Shown here piece after piece: positions 51,356 through 62,283 of a stretch of 64,000 bases of DNA. Where the stretch lies: positions 57,914 through 121,913 of the forward strand of contig JBDHAB010000010.1 in NCBI GenBank assembly GCA_039588295.1, read 5' to 3'. The translations under genes and the position numbers were made by a program. The stretch comes from Gemmatimonadota bacterium. GTDB lineage: Bacteria; Gemmatimonadota; Gemmatimonadetes; Gemmatimonadales; GWC2-71-9. The notes under the pieces are model-generated. The model was given only the letters and a program-made list of their open reading frames with translations, ran no database searches and was not told the origin of the DNA. How positions within the stretch are numbered: the stretch's first letter is position 1; every line of letters starts with the position of its first letter.

Positions 51356-52225
51356 ATGAGAAACGTGGTCGGCGGCCTGATTCAGATCTCGAACCCCATC
51401 AACGATTCGGAGGCTCCCATCTCCCAGATCCGGGACGCGATGGTCGAGAAGCACCTGCCGTTCATTGAGGAGGCCGGCAAGCGTGGCGTCCAAATCCTGT
51501 GCCTGCAGGAAATGTTCAATGGACCGTACTTCTGTCCCAGTCAGGACGCGAGGTGGTGCGATATCGCGGAGCCGATCCCCGGCCCGACGATCGAGCTAAT
51601 GCAGTCCCTTGCGAAGCAACACGCGATGGTCATGGTCGTGCCGATCTACGAACGGGAGATGGCCGGTGTCTACTACAACACCGCCGCCGTCATCGACGCC
51701 GACGGCACGTACCTGGGGAAATACCGTAAGAACCACATCCCCCACACCGCGGGCTTCTGGGAGAAGTACTTCTTCAAGCCTGGAAACCTTGGCTATCCGG
51801 TGTTCGAGACACGCTACGCCAAGGTCGGGGTGTACATCTGTTACGACCGCCACTTTCCCGAGGGCGCCCGGCTGCTGGGGCTGCACGGCGCCGAGCTCGT
51901 GTTCAACCCGTCTGCAACAGTGAAAGGGCTCTCACAGTACCTCTGGAAGCTCGAGCAGCCCGCCCATGCCGTGGCGAACGGATACTTCATGGGGTGCAAC
52001 AACCGGGTTGGGAACGAGGCGCCGTGGAACATCGGTCAGTTCTACGGCTCGAGCTACTTCGTGGACCCTCGCGGCAACTTTCTCGCCGAGGGAAGCGAAG
52101 ACGACGACGAGCTCGTCGTGGCGGAGATGGACCTGGACATGATCGAGGAGGTACGGCGCACGTGGCAGTTCTTTCGCGATCGGCGGCCGGAAACGTATGA
52201 CGATATGGTCGCGCAGCTACCGTAA
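51356..52225 (+). CDS. Beta-ureidopropionase (nitrilase superfamily)
   Basis: LQE, YRKNHIP, ICYDRHFPE triad; FFRDRRP; operon context. Confidence 0.9.
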   Translation: MRNVVGGLIQISNPINDSEAPISQIRDAMVEKHLPFIEEAGKRGVQILCLQEMFNGPYFCPSQDARWCDIAEPIPGPTIELMQSLAKQHAMVMVVPIYEREMAGVYYNTAAVIDADGTYLGKYRKNHIPHTAGFWEKYFFKPGNLGYPVFETRYAKVGVYICYDRHFPEGARLLGLHGAELVFNPSATVKGLSQYLWKLEQPAHAVANGYFMGCNNRVGNEAPWNIGQFYGSSYFVDPRGNFLAEGSEDDDELVVAEMDLDMIEEVRRTWQFFRDRRPETYDDMVAQLP

Positions 52226-52312
52226 TCTCGTGAAGCGTCGAACTCGGGCCGTCCGGTCTCATGTCCGCACTCTCGGGTCGGATTCGAGCGATACGACAAA
52301 GGAATCGTTGCG

Positions 52313-53713
52313 ATGCCACTGTTGATCAAGGGCGGCCGGATCATCACGGCCGCGAATGACTACACGGCGGACATCTACTGTTCCGACGAAACGATCACAC
52401 GCATCGAGCCATCGATCGACGCCAAGTCGGTCTCGGCGTCCGCGGACAGGCTCGAGATCGTAGACGCGTCCGGGAAGTACGTCTTTCCGGGATTCATCGA
52501 TCCGCACGTACACATCTACCTGCCGTTCATGGGCACCTACGCCGTAGACGACTACGAGTCGGCGAGCAAGGCGGCGCTGGCAGGCGGAACAACAACACTG
52601 ATCGAGATGATCTGTCCGGGGCCGACCGATGCGCCGTTTGATGCGTTCGAGACGTGGCGCTCGAAGGCCCAAGACCTCGCTGCCGTTGACTACACCTTCC
52701 ACATGTCGGTCGTCCGGTTCGAGGAGAGCGTCCGCGAGCAGTTCCGGCGGATCGTGGAGAGTGGCGTTCCATCCTTCAAGGTCTTCCTCGCGTACAAGGG
52801 TGCGCTCGACCTGTCGGACGAAGATCTCTTCGCCATGATGAAGATGGCGAAAGAGCTCGGGGTGATCGTCACGGCGCACTGCGAGAACGCCGAAGCGGTC
52901 GACGCGTTACAGAAAGCGCTCCTGGCAGCGGGAAGAACGGGAACCGAATGGCACGGACCCTCGCGTCCGCCGGTGGTCGAGGCCGAGGGCGTCCATCATC
53001 TGTGCACGTTTGCGCAGCTGACCGGAGCGCACGTCTACACCGTCCACACCTCGTGCGACGCGTCGGTACGGGAGGCGCTGGCGGCGCGGCATCAGGGGGT
53101 GAACGTGTGGATCGAGGCGGTGGCACCGCATCTGGTCCTGGATGAGACGTACGCGGAACAGGCTAACTTCGAAGGTGCCAAGTACGTGATGTCACCGCCG
53201 CTCAGAGAGAAGTGGAACCAGGTGGTCCTGTGGAACGGGCTCCGCAGCCGTGCAATCAGCACGGTCGGAACCGACCACGCCCCGTTCAACTTCCGGAGCC
53301 AGAAAGAGGTGGGCCGGGAGGCGTTCACCAAGATCCCGAACGGCATCCCGACACTACAGGAGCGTGTCGACCTCGTGCACACGTACGGTGTACGCACGGG
53401 GAAGATCGGGTTGAACACCCTGGTGGATGCGTGTAGCAGCCAGGTGGCGCGCATCTTCGGGATGTATCCCCGCAAGGGTACGATCCAGGTGGGGAGTGAC
53501 GCCGACCTGGTCGTGTACGACCCCACGTACGGCGGAACGTTCTCTCTCGAAACCAGTCACTCCAAGGTGGATTACAACGCGTATGACGGGTGGGAGAAGC
53601 AGGGACGCGCCAGTATCGTGACCGTGCGCGGTCAGGTGCAGGTGCGCGACGGCGAGTTCGTGGGCGCGATCGGGCGGGGGCAGTTCATCGAACGCGAGCC
53701 GACTCACGGGTGA
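52313..53713 (+). CDS. hydA: Dihydropyrimidinase
   Basis: PGFIDPHVH, SFKVFLAY, HCEN, GTDHAPF. Confidence 0.93.
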   Translation: MPLLIKGGRIITAANDYTADIYCSDETITRIEPSIDAKSVSASADRLEIVDASGKYVFPGFIDPHVHIYLPFMGTYAVDDYESASKAALAGGTTTLIEMICPGPTDAPFDAFETWRSKAQDLAAVDYTFHMSVVRFEESVREQFRRIVESGVPSFKVFLAYKGALDLSDEDLFAMMKMAKELGVIVTAHCENAEAVDALQKALLAAGRTGTEWHGPSRPPVVEAEGVHHLCTFAQLTGAHVYTVHTSCDASVREALAARHQGVNVWIEAVAPHLVLDETYAEQANFEGAKYVMSPPLREKWNQVVLWNGLRSRAISTVGTDHAPFNFRSQKEVGREAFTKIPNGIPTLQERVDLVHTYGVRTGKIGLNTLVDACSSQVARIFGMYPRKGTIQVGSDADLVVYDPTYGGTFSLETSHSKVDYNAYDGWEKQGRASIVTVRGQVQVRDGEFVGAIGRGQFIEREPTHG

Positions 53714-53724
53714 GGTTGGGAGCT

Positions 53725-55011
53725 ATGGATTCGAAGACCGTACGGGCCAAGCACGCGGAACTGCTGTTCCCGTGTGTCGCCAACTACTACGAGGAGCCAG
53801 TCGTCCTCACACAGGGCGATGGTTGCTGTGTCCGCGACGCGGACGGCAACGAGTATCTCGATTTCTTCGGTGGCATCGTGACCCTCGGGCTCGGCCACGC
53901 GCATCCCGAGGTAGCTCAACGGATCCACGAGCAGGCCGAGCGCCTGGTGCACACGTCGACCCTGTATCCCACCGAAGAAATTGTGCGGGTGGCGGAGCGC
54001 ATGGCGGCAATCACGCCCGGCAAGCTCAAGAAGAGCTTCTTCACGACGAGCGGGACGGAAGCCGATGAGACGGCGACCCTGCTCGCCAGGCTCTACACGG
54101 GAACGCATGAGATCATCGTGCTACGGCACGGGTATGCCGGCCGCAGTCTCCAGGCCCTTGCCATCACCGGGCATAGCGGGTGGCGGCTCATCCCCAGCCA
54201 AGTGACCGGGGTCAAACACGCGTTCTCGCCGTACTGCTACCGCTGCCCTCTGGGACTGGAGTATCCATCCTGCGAGATCAGATGCGCGCAGGATATCGAG
54301 GAGCTCATCCGCACGGAGACCACCGGACAGCCGGCTGCGTTCATGGCCGAGCCCATCCAGGGGGTCGGCGGGTTCATTACACCGCCCCTGGAGTACTTCG
54401 AGATCGCCGTGGGGATCGTGCGGAAATACGGCGGCGTGTTCATCTGTGACGAAGTGCAAACCGGCTTCGGCCGGCTGGGCAAGCACTGGTGCGGGATCGA
54501 GCACTGGGGCGTGGAGCCCGAGATCATGACCTTCGCGAAGAGCATCGCCAACGGCTTTCCCGTCGGCGCTACGGTCGCGACGGAAGAAGTGGCGAACGCC
54601 TTTACCGGTCTGACGATCTCGACGTTCGGCGGGAACCCCATTTCGATGGCAGCGGCGGAGGCGACACTGGAGGTGATGGAGCGTGAGAACGTTCCCAAGC
54701 GCTCGGCCGAGCGCGGCAAGCAGCTGCGGGAGTACCTCGACGCCTTCAGAGACAAGTATCCGTTCATCGGCGAAGTGCGCGGGAAGGGCCTGATGCAGGC
54801 CATCGAGCTCGTAGAGGACCGACAGACCAAGCAACCGTCACCCGCCAAGACGCTCCGGTTGATGGAAGCTGCTCGAGAGCGCGGACTGTTGCTGGGCAAA
54901 GGCGGACTCTACGGCAACGTGATCCGCATCGCGCCATCCATGCTCATCACCAAAAGCGAAGTCGATGAGGCCGCACGACGGTTCGATTTGGCGTTGGCGG
55001 AAGTGAAGTGA
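53725..55011 (+). CDS. Class III aminotransferase (beta-alanine transaminase, AGXT2-like)
   Basis: YLDFFGG, SGTEA, AEPIQG, DEVQTGFGR, FAKSIANG; operon context. Confidence 0.9.
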   Translation: MDSKTVRAKHAELLFPCVANYYEEPVVLTQGDGCCVRDADGNEYLDFFGGIVTLGLGHAHPEVAQRIHEQAERLVHTSTLYPTEEIVRVAERMAAITPGKLKKSFFTTSGTEADETATLLARLYTGTHEIIVLRHGYAGRSLQALAITGHSGWRLIPSQVTGVKHAFSPYCYRCPLGLEYPSCEIRCAQDIEELIRTETTGQPAAFMAEPIQGVGGFITPPLEYFEIAVGIVRKYGGVFICDEVQTGFGRLGKHWCGIEHWGVEPEIMTFAKSIANGFPVGATVATEEVANAFTGLTISTFGGNPISMAAAEATLEVMERENVPKRSAERGKQLREYLDAFRDKYPFIGEVRGKGLMQAIELVEDRQTKQPSPAKTLRLMEAARERGLLLGKGGLYGNVIRIAPSMLITKSEVDEAARRFDLALAEVK

Positions 55012-56531
55012 GCACAGCGGGGGTCGGAAAGCGAGAAGTGGACCGATCGCCCGAGCCGGCGCTCATCAACGCCGATCTTGCACCGGTGAGTGCAGAGCGC
55101 CGAACCTGGGGCACGTGGAACTTCGCGGCGCTCTGGGTCGCCATGGCCATCACCATCCCCACCTATACGCTCGCCTCCAGTCTTGTGGAACGAGGCTGGA
55201 CGTGGCTTGCGGCGATGGGTTCCGTGGTGTTGGGGAACCTCATCGTCCTGATCCCTATCGCGCTCAACTCCCACGCCGGCACTCGCTACGGCATCCCGTT
55301 TCCCGTGCTCACGCGTGCATCGTTCGGCGTGTTCGGAGCGAACATCCCAGCTCTGCTGCGCGCCATCGTAGCGTGTGGCTGGTTCGGCATTCAGACGTGG
55401 ATCGGTGGGTGGGCGATCTTCAAGTTGCTCGCGGCTCTCTGGCCCGGCATCGGCACGCTACCCGCCCTGCTCCCAGCGTGGATCGGCCTGGGTACGGGGG
55501 AGTTCCTCTGTTTCATGCTGTTCTGGGCGATCAATCTGTGGGTGGCGATCCGCGGAATGGAATCCATCAAGTTCCTCGAGACCTGGGGGGCGCCGTTCCT
55601 GTTAGCGGTCGCGGCCGCGTTGTTCATCTGGGCCTGGATCCGGGTTGGCGGGATCGGCCCGATGCTGGAGACGCCCGCAGGACTCGACGGCGGGCAGACC
55701 GGATCTCCGGGCGGTCTGGGCACCGTGTTCGGTGCCGGACTCACGTCCGCCGTGGCGTTTTGGGGAACGATGGCGCTGTCGATTCCGGATTTCTCACGCT
55801 ACGCCCGGCGCCAACGCGATCAGATCGTGGGTCAGGCGATTGGGCTCCCACCGACGATGGCGCTGTTCGCGTTCATCGGCGCCGCCGTGACGAGCGCCAC
55901 GGCGGTAATCTTCGGCACCCGGATCGCCGATCCCATTGAGCTCCTGTCCCGCATCGGCGGACCGATCACCGTCGTGATCGCCATGCTCGGCTTGGCCATC
56001 GCGACGCTCACGACCAACATCGCCGCCAATGTCGTGGCGCCGGCGAACGGGTTCAGCAATATCGCGCCGCACCGGGTGTCGTTCAAGACCGGTGTGGTGA
56101 TCACGGCATTGATCGGCATTCTCATGTTTCCCTGGCGGCTATACAACGACGCCGCCGCCTACATCTTCACGTGGCTGATCGGCTACGGCGCGTTGCTGGG
56201 TCCTGTGGCCGGCATCATGATCGCCGATTACTTCGTCTTGCGACGTGGTATCCTGGATCTGGATGGCCTGTACCGCCGTGACGGACCCTACGGGTACAAG
56301 CGCGGCTTCAACTGGATCGCGATAACGGCACTCGTGCTGGGAATCGCCCCCAACCTGCCCGGGTTCCTGGCTGCGCTGGGAGCCATCGAAGGCTCAGCAC
56401 TCACCACGGGCATCTACAACTGGGCCTGGTTCGTGGGGTTCCTCGTGTCCGGCGGAACGTACCTGGCGGGTATGCGGGCCTTCGCGAAGTCGGGACCTGC
56501 GATACCACAAGCTCCCTATGCCGAGACCTGA
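55008..56531 (+). CDS. NCS1 nucleobase:cation symporter
   Basis: GIPFPV..RASFG, CGWFGIQTW, IPDFSRY, NIAANVVAP. Confidence 0.94.
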   Translation: MSTAGVGKREVDRSPEPALINADLAPVSAERRTWGTWNFAALWVAMAITIPTYTLASSLVERGWTWLAAMGSVVLGNLIVLIPIALNSHAGTRYGIPFPVLTRASFGVFGANIPALLRAIVACGWFGIQTWIGGWAIFKLLAALWPGIGTLPALLPAWIGLGTGEFLCFMLFWAINLWVAIRGMESIKFLETWGAPFLLAVAAALFIWAWIRVGGIGPMLETPAGLDGGQTGSPGGLGTVFGAGLTSAVAFWGTMALSIPDFSRYARRQRDQIVGQAIGLPPTMALFAFIGAAVTSATAVIFGTRIADPIELLSRIGGPITVVIAMLGLAIATLTTNIAANVVAPANGFSNIAPHRVSFKTGVVITALIGILMFPWRLYNDAAAYIFTWLIGYGALLGPVAGIMIADYFVLRRGILDLDGLYRRDGPYGYKRGFNWIAITALVLGIAPNLPGFLAALGAIEGSALTTGIYNWAWFVGFLVSGGTYLAGMRAFAKSGPAIPQAPYAET

Positions 56532-56532
56532 C

Positions 56533-57849
56533 ATGGCTGCTGTTCTTTCGGACGAGCAACTCGCGCAGAACTTTGCCGACATCGCCCCGCCGCTCACGGC
56601 GGACGCCGCGATTCTCGAAGCAAACACCTGTCTGTTCTGCTATGACGCCCCGTGCACCCATGCGTGCCCGACGCACATCGACGTGCCGGCGTTCATCAAG
56701 AAAATCGCCACCGGGAATTTGCGGGGCTCCGCTCGGGTGATCCTGGACGCCAATCCCATGGGTCACTCATGCGCCCGTGCCTGCCCCGTCGAGGTTCTCT
56801 GTGAGGGTGCTTGCGTGCTGAACGAGCGCGACGAGAAGCCGATCAAGATTGCCTTGCTCCAACGCCATGCGACCGACCATGCCCTGGAGCACCACCTCAG
56901 GCTGTTCGAGCCGGGGGCGCCGAACGGGAAGCACGTAGCAGTCGTTGGTGCGGGTCCGGCGGGGCTCTCGTGTGCGCAGGATCTCAGGCGTTGGGGATAC
57001 GCCGTCACGGTGTTCGAGGCCAAGGAGCAGCCCGGCGGGCTGAACACGTACGGGATCGCGGAGTACAAAATGCGATCTCCCACCGCACTCGCCGAAGTGC
57101 AGATGATCTTGGAGCTCGGGGCCGAGCTGCGCACTGGGGTCGTCGTGGGGCGCGACGTGGCGTTCGACCAGCTCGAGCAGGAGTTTGACGCCGTATTCGT
57201 GGGTGTGGGGCTCGGCGCGACCCGTCGCCTCGACATCCCTGGAGAAGATCTGCTGGAGGTGCACGAGGCCCTCGCGTTCATCGAGCATCTGAAGACGCAT
57301 CCGTACCGAGCGACGCCGGTGGGCCGGCACGTAGCCGTGATCGGCGCCGGCAACACGGCGATCGACGCGGTCACACAGGCCAAGCGCCTCGGTGCCGAGC
57401 GGGCGACCATCGTGTACCGTCGCGGCCGTGAGGATATGCCGGCGTTCGACTATGAGTACGAGCTGGCGAAGCGAGACGGTTGCGAGTTCCGGTTTCACAC
57501 CGCACCGAAGCGCATTGTCGGTACCGACCGCGTGACCGGCGTCGAATGCGTCCGCACCGAGCCGGGCGACCCCGGTCCCGATGGACGCCGCCGGCCGGTC
57601 GAAATCGCGGGCAGTACGCACGTGATCGAGTGCGACATGGTGATCAAGGCGCTGGGGCAGGTTGTGCGGGAGGACGTCGCACGTGCTGCGGGACTGACAC
57701 TCGACAATGAACGGATGATGAGCACCAAGCGGAACGTGTTCGTCGGTGGAGACTGCGCCAACGGCGGGGCGGAAATCGTCAATGCGGCAGCGGAGGGGAA
57801 GCGGGCGGCGGCGGCGATACACGAATACCTGGCAGGAGAGGGGCGATAG
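56533..57849 (+). CDS. preT: Dihydropyrimidine dehydrogenase subunit PreT
   Basis: CLFCYDAPC...CP, CARACP...CEGAC, GAGPAG, GAGNTAID. Confidence 0.92.
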   Translation: MAAVLSDEQLAQNFADIAPPLTADAAILEANTCLFCYDAPCTHACPTHIDVPAFIKKIATGNLRGSARVILDANPMGHSCARACPVEVLCEGACVLNERDEKPIKIALLQRHATDHALEHHLRLFEPGAPNGKHVAVVGAGPAGLSCAQDLRRWGYAVTVFEAKEQPGGLNTYGIAEYKMRSPTALAEVQMILELGAELRTGVVVGRDVAFDQLEQEFDAVFVGVGLGATRRLDIPGEDLLEVHEALAFIEHLKTHPYRATPVGRHVAVIGAGNTAIDAVTQAKRLGAERATIVYRRGREDMPAFDYEYELAKRDGCEFRFHTAPKRIVGTDRVTGVECVRTEPGDPGPDGRRRPVEIAGSTHVIECDMVIKALGQVVREDVARAAGLTLDNERMMSTKRNVFVGGDCANGGAEIVNAAAEGKRAAAAIHEYLAGEGR

Positions 57850-57857
57850 GAGGGTCC

Positions 57858-59180
57858 ATGGCCGATCTACGTGTCAACTTCGCCGGCATCGAGAGTCCCA
57901 ATCCCTTCTGGTTGGCCTCCGGCCCCCCCACCAACACCTACGGCCAGGTCGCGCGGGCGTTTGACGCCGGCTGGGGTGGCGCGGTGTGGAAGACCATCGG
58001 TGAGCCGATCATCAACGTCTTTTCACGCTACGGCTCCGTGGACGTCGGGCCGACCCGGATGATGGGCTTCAACAACATCGAGCTCATCACCGACCGTCCG
58101 GTGGAGGACAACCTCAAGGAGATCGCTGAGGTCAAGCGCAATTATCCCAAGCATGCGGTGATCGTTTCCCTCATGGTGGAGTCGAAGCGCGAGGCATGGC
58201 ACGAGATGGTGCGGCGCACCGAGGACACCGGCGCCGACGGGCTCGAACTCAACTTCGGCTGTCCGCATGGCATGAGCGAGCGGGGGATGGGCAGCGCAGT
58301 CGGACAGGTACCCGACTACACCTGTCAGATCGTGGAGTGGGTGAAGGAGGTGGCCACTACTCCGGTGATCGTGAAGCTGACCCCCAACGTCACCGACATC
58401 ACCTACATCGCGCGCGCCGCCGTGCAGGGGGGCGCCGATGCGCTCTCCCTCATCAACACGGTCAATTCCATCGTCGGGGTGGATCTCGACACGTTTGCCC
58501 CGCTGCCTTCCGTCGCGGGGAAATCGAGTCACGGCGGCTACTGCGGGCCCGCGGTCAAGCCCATTGCCTTGCATCTCGTCGCTGCCGTTGCGCGGGATCA
58601 GGAGGTGGGCATTCCCATCTCGGGGATCGGCGGGATCTCCACTTGGAGGGACGCCGCGGAGTTCATCGTGCTCGGATCGGGCACGGTCCAGGTGTGCACC
58701 GCGGTCATGCACTACGGATTTCGCATTATCGAGGACCTGGTCGACGGCCTCGAAAACTGGATGGACGAGCGAGGCCACCGTACACTGGCCGACGTGTGCG
58801 GTCGCGCCGTACCCAATGTCGTGAGCTGGGAGGACCTCAACCTCAACTACCACCTGGTTGCCCGCATCGATCAGGACAAGTGCATCCAGTGTGAGCTCTG
58901 TTGGGTAGCGTGCGAAGATGGAGCCCATCAGGCGATCCGTCGCACGGACAGGCAGGAGGCGGGCAACGGGAAGCGCACCCCCGTGGTCGAGATCATCGAG
59001 GAGGCGTGTGTGGGGTGCAACCTCTGCGCCGCGGTATGTCCGGTACAGGGATGCATCACGATGGAGCAGGTGCCGAACGACTACTCGGCGGTCACGTGGA
59101 AAGAGTATAGCGCGGGCAAGGGTGCCCTCGCACCGCGGTCGGAGCATTTCCACACGGCGGACTGGGAGTCGAGCCGGTAG
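57858..59180 (+). CDS. preA: Dihydropyrimidine dehydrogenase subunit PreA
   Basis: NPFWLASGPP, NNIELI, ELNFGCPHGM, KLTPN, two CxxCxxC ferredoxin motifs. Confidence 0.95.
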   Translation: MADLRVNFAGIESPNPFWLASGPPTNTYGQVARAFDAGWGGAVWKTIGEPIINVFSRYGSVDVGPTRMMGFNNIELITDRPVEDNLKEIAEVKRNYPKHAVIVSLMVESKREAWHEMVRRTEDTGADGLELNFGCPHGMSERGMGSAVGQVPDYTCQIVEWVKEVATTPVIVKLTPNVTDITYIARAAVQGGADALSLINTVNSIVGVDLDTFAPLPSVAGKSSHGGYCGPAVKPIALHLVAAVARDQEVGIPISGIGGISTWRDAAEFIVLGSGTVQVCTAVMHYGFRIIEDLVDGLENWMDERGHRTLADVCGRAVPNVVSWEDLNLNYHLVARIDQDKCIQCELCWVACEDGAHQAIRRTDRQEAGNGKRTPVVEIIEEACVGCNLCAAVCPVQGCITMEQVPNDYSAVTWKEYSAGKGALAPRSEHFHTADWESSR

Positions 59181-59281
59181 CGATGCGCCGCGCCTCCAGC
59201 ACGCCGTCCCCCGCCGTCTCGGTCTGACTCCGGCGACCCTCCAAACCTCACCCGACACCCGAACCTCCTCCTCCCTCCGCT

Positions 59282-60697
59282 ATGCCCGCAGCGCCCCGAC
59301 CAGCGAAGTCGTTCGACCGTTCCATCGTAGAGGGCCCCATTGCGCGCGCGGTCTGGAAGATCGCCTGGCCCACGATGCTCCAGAACGTCATCGGCGGGTT
59401 ACAGGGGATCGTCGATCACGTCATGGTCGGGCATTACATCGGCTTCACTGGGAACGCCGCCATTGGCGTGGCCTGGCAGATCTTCCTCGTGGTCATGGTG
59501 TTCATCAGCTCACTGTTCACCGGCATGGGCGTACTCGTTGCACGGTTTGCCGGCGCGAACGAGCCAAAGAAGGTGAACCGGACGGTGTACCAGGCATTCC
59601 TCACCGCGGCGGTCATGTCCCTCGGTGTGCTCGCACCGCTTGGGTACGTTTTATCCCCTTCCTTGCTCGAATTCGTGAACACGACACCGGCGGTTCGTGC
59701 CGAAGCGTTGCCGTACCTCCGCATCATGTTCCTGTTCAGCATTGGCATGCTGGTCTTCTTCATGCTCGGTGGTGCCCTCCGTTCGGCCGGCGACGCGCGC
59801 ACGCCGCTGCGGTATGGCATCGCGCTGACGATCCTGAACCTGGTGTTGAACGTGGTGCTCATTCGTGGTCTCGGACCGATTCCGGCCTTCGGTACAGCAG
59901 GAGCCGCAATGGGAACCGTGATCGCTGGCGGCGTGCTGAGCCTGGTCGCGGCGCACCGGCTGTTCTTCTCAGAACGCTGGGTCATCCATTTCCATCGCCG
60001 CATGAGTTTGAAGCCCGACTGGTCGATCATTCGCTCGCTCTTCCGGTTCGGCATTCCGGCAGGCATCCAGGGTGTGGTCATGAACATCGGGGGCGTGATC
60101 CTCATTCGCTTCGTCGGATCGCTGGAACAGAGCGGACAAGCACAGGCCGCGTACGCGGTGGGCTACACGGAACTCTTCTCACTGGTCACCTGGACGTCCG
60201 TTGGACTGATGGGTGCGGCCGCCGCCGTTGGCGGCCAGAACCTGGGCGCCGGTCACCCCGATCGTACCATCCATGGCGTGCACGTGGCGGCGCGGATCGG
60301 CTTGGGTGTCGCCGGGACCGTCGGCCTGCTGTTCCTCCTGATCCCGCGTGTGCTGCTCGGGATCTTCGGCATGGACGATCCGGCCGTCGTGCGCCTCGGT
60401 GTGGAGCTGCTCGCGTACCTGAGCGTGTCGGGCCTCTTCGTTACGGTGGCACTCGCGTACACCGGAGGCTTGCAGGGGACAGGCGACACCCGCAGCCCGC
60501 TCTACATCTCACTCATCTCGCAGATCGTGGTGCCACTCGGCATGTGCATGGTCCTTCAGATCATGCGAGGCCTGCGGCCCGGAGACATCTGGCTGGCGAT
60601 CCTGCTCGGGCACCTGACGCGGTCCACGCTGAGCATCATACGGTTTCGCCAGGGTAATTGGCGGCACATCAAGGTGGAGATCGAGCCCGGCCGGTGA
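59282..60697 (+). CDS. MATE family efflux transporter
   Basis: Two repeats (LRSAGDARTP / LQGTGDTRSP), GQNLGA, 12 TMs. Confidence 0.92.
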   Translation: MPAAPRPAKSFDRSIVEGPIARAVWKIAWPTMLQNVIGGLQGIVDHVMVGHYIGFTGNAAIGVAWQIFLVVMVFISSLFTGMGVLVARFAGANEPKKVNRTVYQAFLTAAVMSLGVLAPLGYVLSPSLLEFVNTTPAVRAEALPYLRIMFLFSIGMLVFFMLGGALRSAGDARTPLRYGIALTILNLVLNVVLIRGLGPIPAFGTAGAAMGTVIAGGVLSLVAAHRLFFSERWVIHFHRRMSLKPDWSIIRSLFRFGIPAGIQGVVMNIGGVILIRFVGSLEQSGQAQAAYAVGYTELFSLVTWTSVGLMGAAAAVGGQNLGAGHPDRTIHGVHVAARIGLGVAGTVGLLFLLIPRVLLGIFGMDDPAVVRLGVELLAYLSVSGLFVTVALAYTGGLQGTGDTRSPLYISLISQIVVPLGMCMVLQIMRGLRPGDIWLAILLGHLTRSTLSIIRFRQGNWRHIKVEIEPGR

Positions 60698-60758
60698 CGT
60701 CGAGCGTTCGAGTCGGTCAAGTGCGGATTGCGGGGCAGCGAGCTGACGGGAGGCGAAG

Positions 60759-61319
60759 TTAGTCCTCGAGAATCGTCTCGAGCCATTTCTTCTGGTCCTT
60801 CTGCGGATAGCGCCGCAGATAGTAGAAGATGAGATCCGTCCATTCATCCTGCTCGGGACTATATCCTGCCTGTCGGACAAGTGTGAGCACCTGCCCGAGG
60901 TGGTGCGTCCCATGGCTCGCCACCTGCATGACGGTCATCCACAGCGGCCAAACACCCCAACCCTCGAGCACGACATGCTTGCGCTCCTGCAGATTGCTCT
61001 TCGCCCAGGAAAGCATCTCGGAATGCAACTTCGGCCACTCAGCCTTGAGCTCGGAATACGTGGCCGGCTGGTCGACCTCACGGGGTTTGACACTGCCGCC
61101 CTGCCAGTGGATGAAGTAGTACTTGTCCCACTGATAGACATGCTGCAAGGTCGCGAGAATGCTCGACATCGAGCTTTCCACCGGCCGCGTGATCGCTTCG
61201 GTGGGAAGTTTGTCGACCATCGCGATGGTCTTCCGCGCGGCCCAGGCAGCGTACTCGAGGTGAGTGAGCAGGAAGTCCGAGTCGATACTTGGCGTGTGTC
61301 GCCTATTGTTCTCGGTCAT
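60759..61319 (-). CDS. DinB family protein
   Basis: SILATLQH and HGTHHLGQ metal-binding histidines. Confidence 0.85.
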   Translation of the reverse strand: MTENNRRHTPSIDSDFLLTHLEYAAWAARKTIAMVDKLPTEAITRPVESSMSSILATLQHVYQWDKYYFIHWQGGSVKPREVDQPATYSELKAEWPKLHSEMLSWAKSNLQERKHVVLEGWGVWPLWMTVMQVASHGTHHLGQVLTLVRQAGYSPEQDEWTDLIFYYLRRYPQKDQKKWLETILED

Positions 61320-61541
61320 CTCGGTACTACCTCCCTCGCCCCTAGGATGCCGGCTGCGGATGGTCACGAGCGCGGATTGTGGGTCAGAGACACCTGACAA
61401 TGATACCAGTTGGGTCCGCACCGCGTGCGACACGCGATCTCGGGTCGGCACCGCGTCAATTCCCTGGCGACGCGTGGTCCTACGGTATGGTTGCGGAAGG
61501 CGTCTTGGGGGAAGTCCCGGGAGTGTTCTGGTTTGAAAGGT

Positions 61542-61578
61542 AGAAGGGGCGTCAGCGATTGCTGCGACGCCCCTTTCT
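61542..61578. terminator. Bidirectional terminator-like hairpin
   Basis: AGAAGGGGCGTC...GACGCCCCTTTCT stem with purine/pyrimidine flanks. Confidence 0.6.
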
Positions 61579-61725
61579 CGTAACCCGGAGGCCCGATCTC
61601 GTCAGCGAACTGGCGTCAAGCCCCGAACGCCGCGTGACGCCTAGGCGACGGGGTATCCGGGGCGTGGCACGACGCTCTTGTGGCGCTCCCGTGCCTGTGA
61701 CTGCGTTCCATCTGATTCCGACGTG

Positions 61726-62283
61726 TCACTGTCGGACATTCGCGAAGTTGACGAAGAGGGCACCCTGCCCATCGGCGAGGGTAAACGTGTACCCGAAGCC
61801 TGTCGGGCACGCAGTCCCGCTACTGGGTCTGGTCTGTATCCACCCGGTCTGCACTTGTTCGCAAACAGTGTATGTGCCGGCCGGCAGGTCTGGGAAGATG
61901 TAGTTCCCCGAGCCGTCGGTCAGCGTGGTCGCCGTCATCGTGCCGCTGAGCTCGACGGTCCAGTCCGGCAGACGGGGGTGGTCCGTGACGTCCTCATAGA
62001 CGCTCCCCGTAATCCTCGCGGTGCCCGCGGGTGGTGGCGGCGGCGGTGGTGGCGGCGGCGTCTCTGACGGTGGCTCCGGGGAGCATCCACGCCGATAGTC
62101 GCTAACTTGCTCAGGCCGGTGACCCGACCGCGATTGGGGCGAGCGGTGGGCGTCAGCCGTCGCGCACTGCTCCGAACTCACCAAGCCGGGCTGCGAGGGA
62201 CGAGACGATCTATCGGGATCCTGGGCCGCGGCCGTGAGAATCGGCGCCGCGACCAAAGCGAGTAGAACTAGGCATACACGCAT
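61726..62283 (-). CDS. Secreted protein with poly-Pro linker and SdrD-B/Cna-B-like domain
   Basis: Signal peptide; P10 run; ITGSVYED, TDGSGNYIF..LPAGTYTVCE, FAN. Confidence 0.78.
   Translation of the reverse strand: MRVCLVLLALVAAPILTAAAQDPDRSSRPSQPGLVSSEQCATADAHRSPQSRSGHRPEQVSDYRRGCSPEPPSETPPPPPPPPPPAGTARITGSVYEDVTDHPRLPDWTVELSGTMTATTLTDGSGNYIFPDLPAGTYTVCEQVQTGWIQTRPSSGTACPTGFGYTFTLADGQGALFVNFANVRQ

Noticed and set aside
61542..61578. Hairpin as an attachment-site remnant of an integrative element
   Set aside because: No tRNA fragment, direct repeat or integrase nearby; best explained as a terminator
62029..62060. GGT/GGC trinucleotide run
   Set aside because: Encodes the poly-proline linker of the secreted protein; not a contingency repeat
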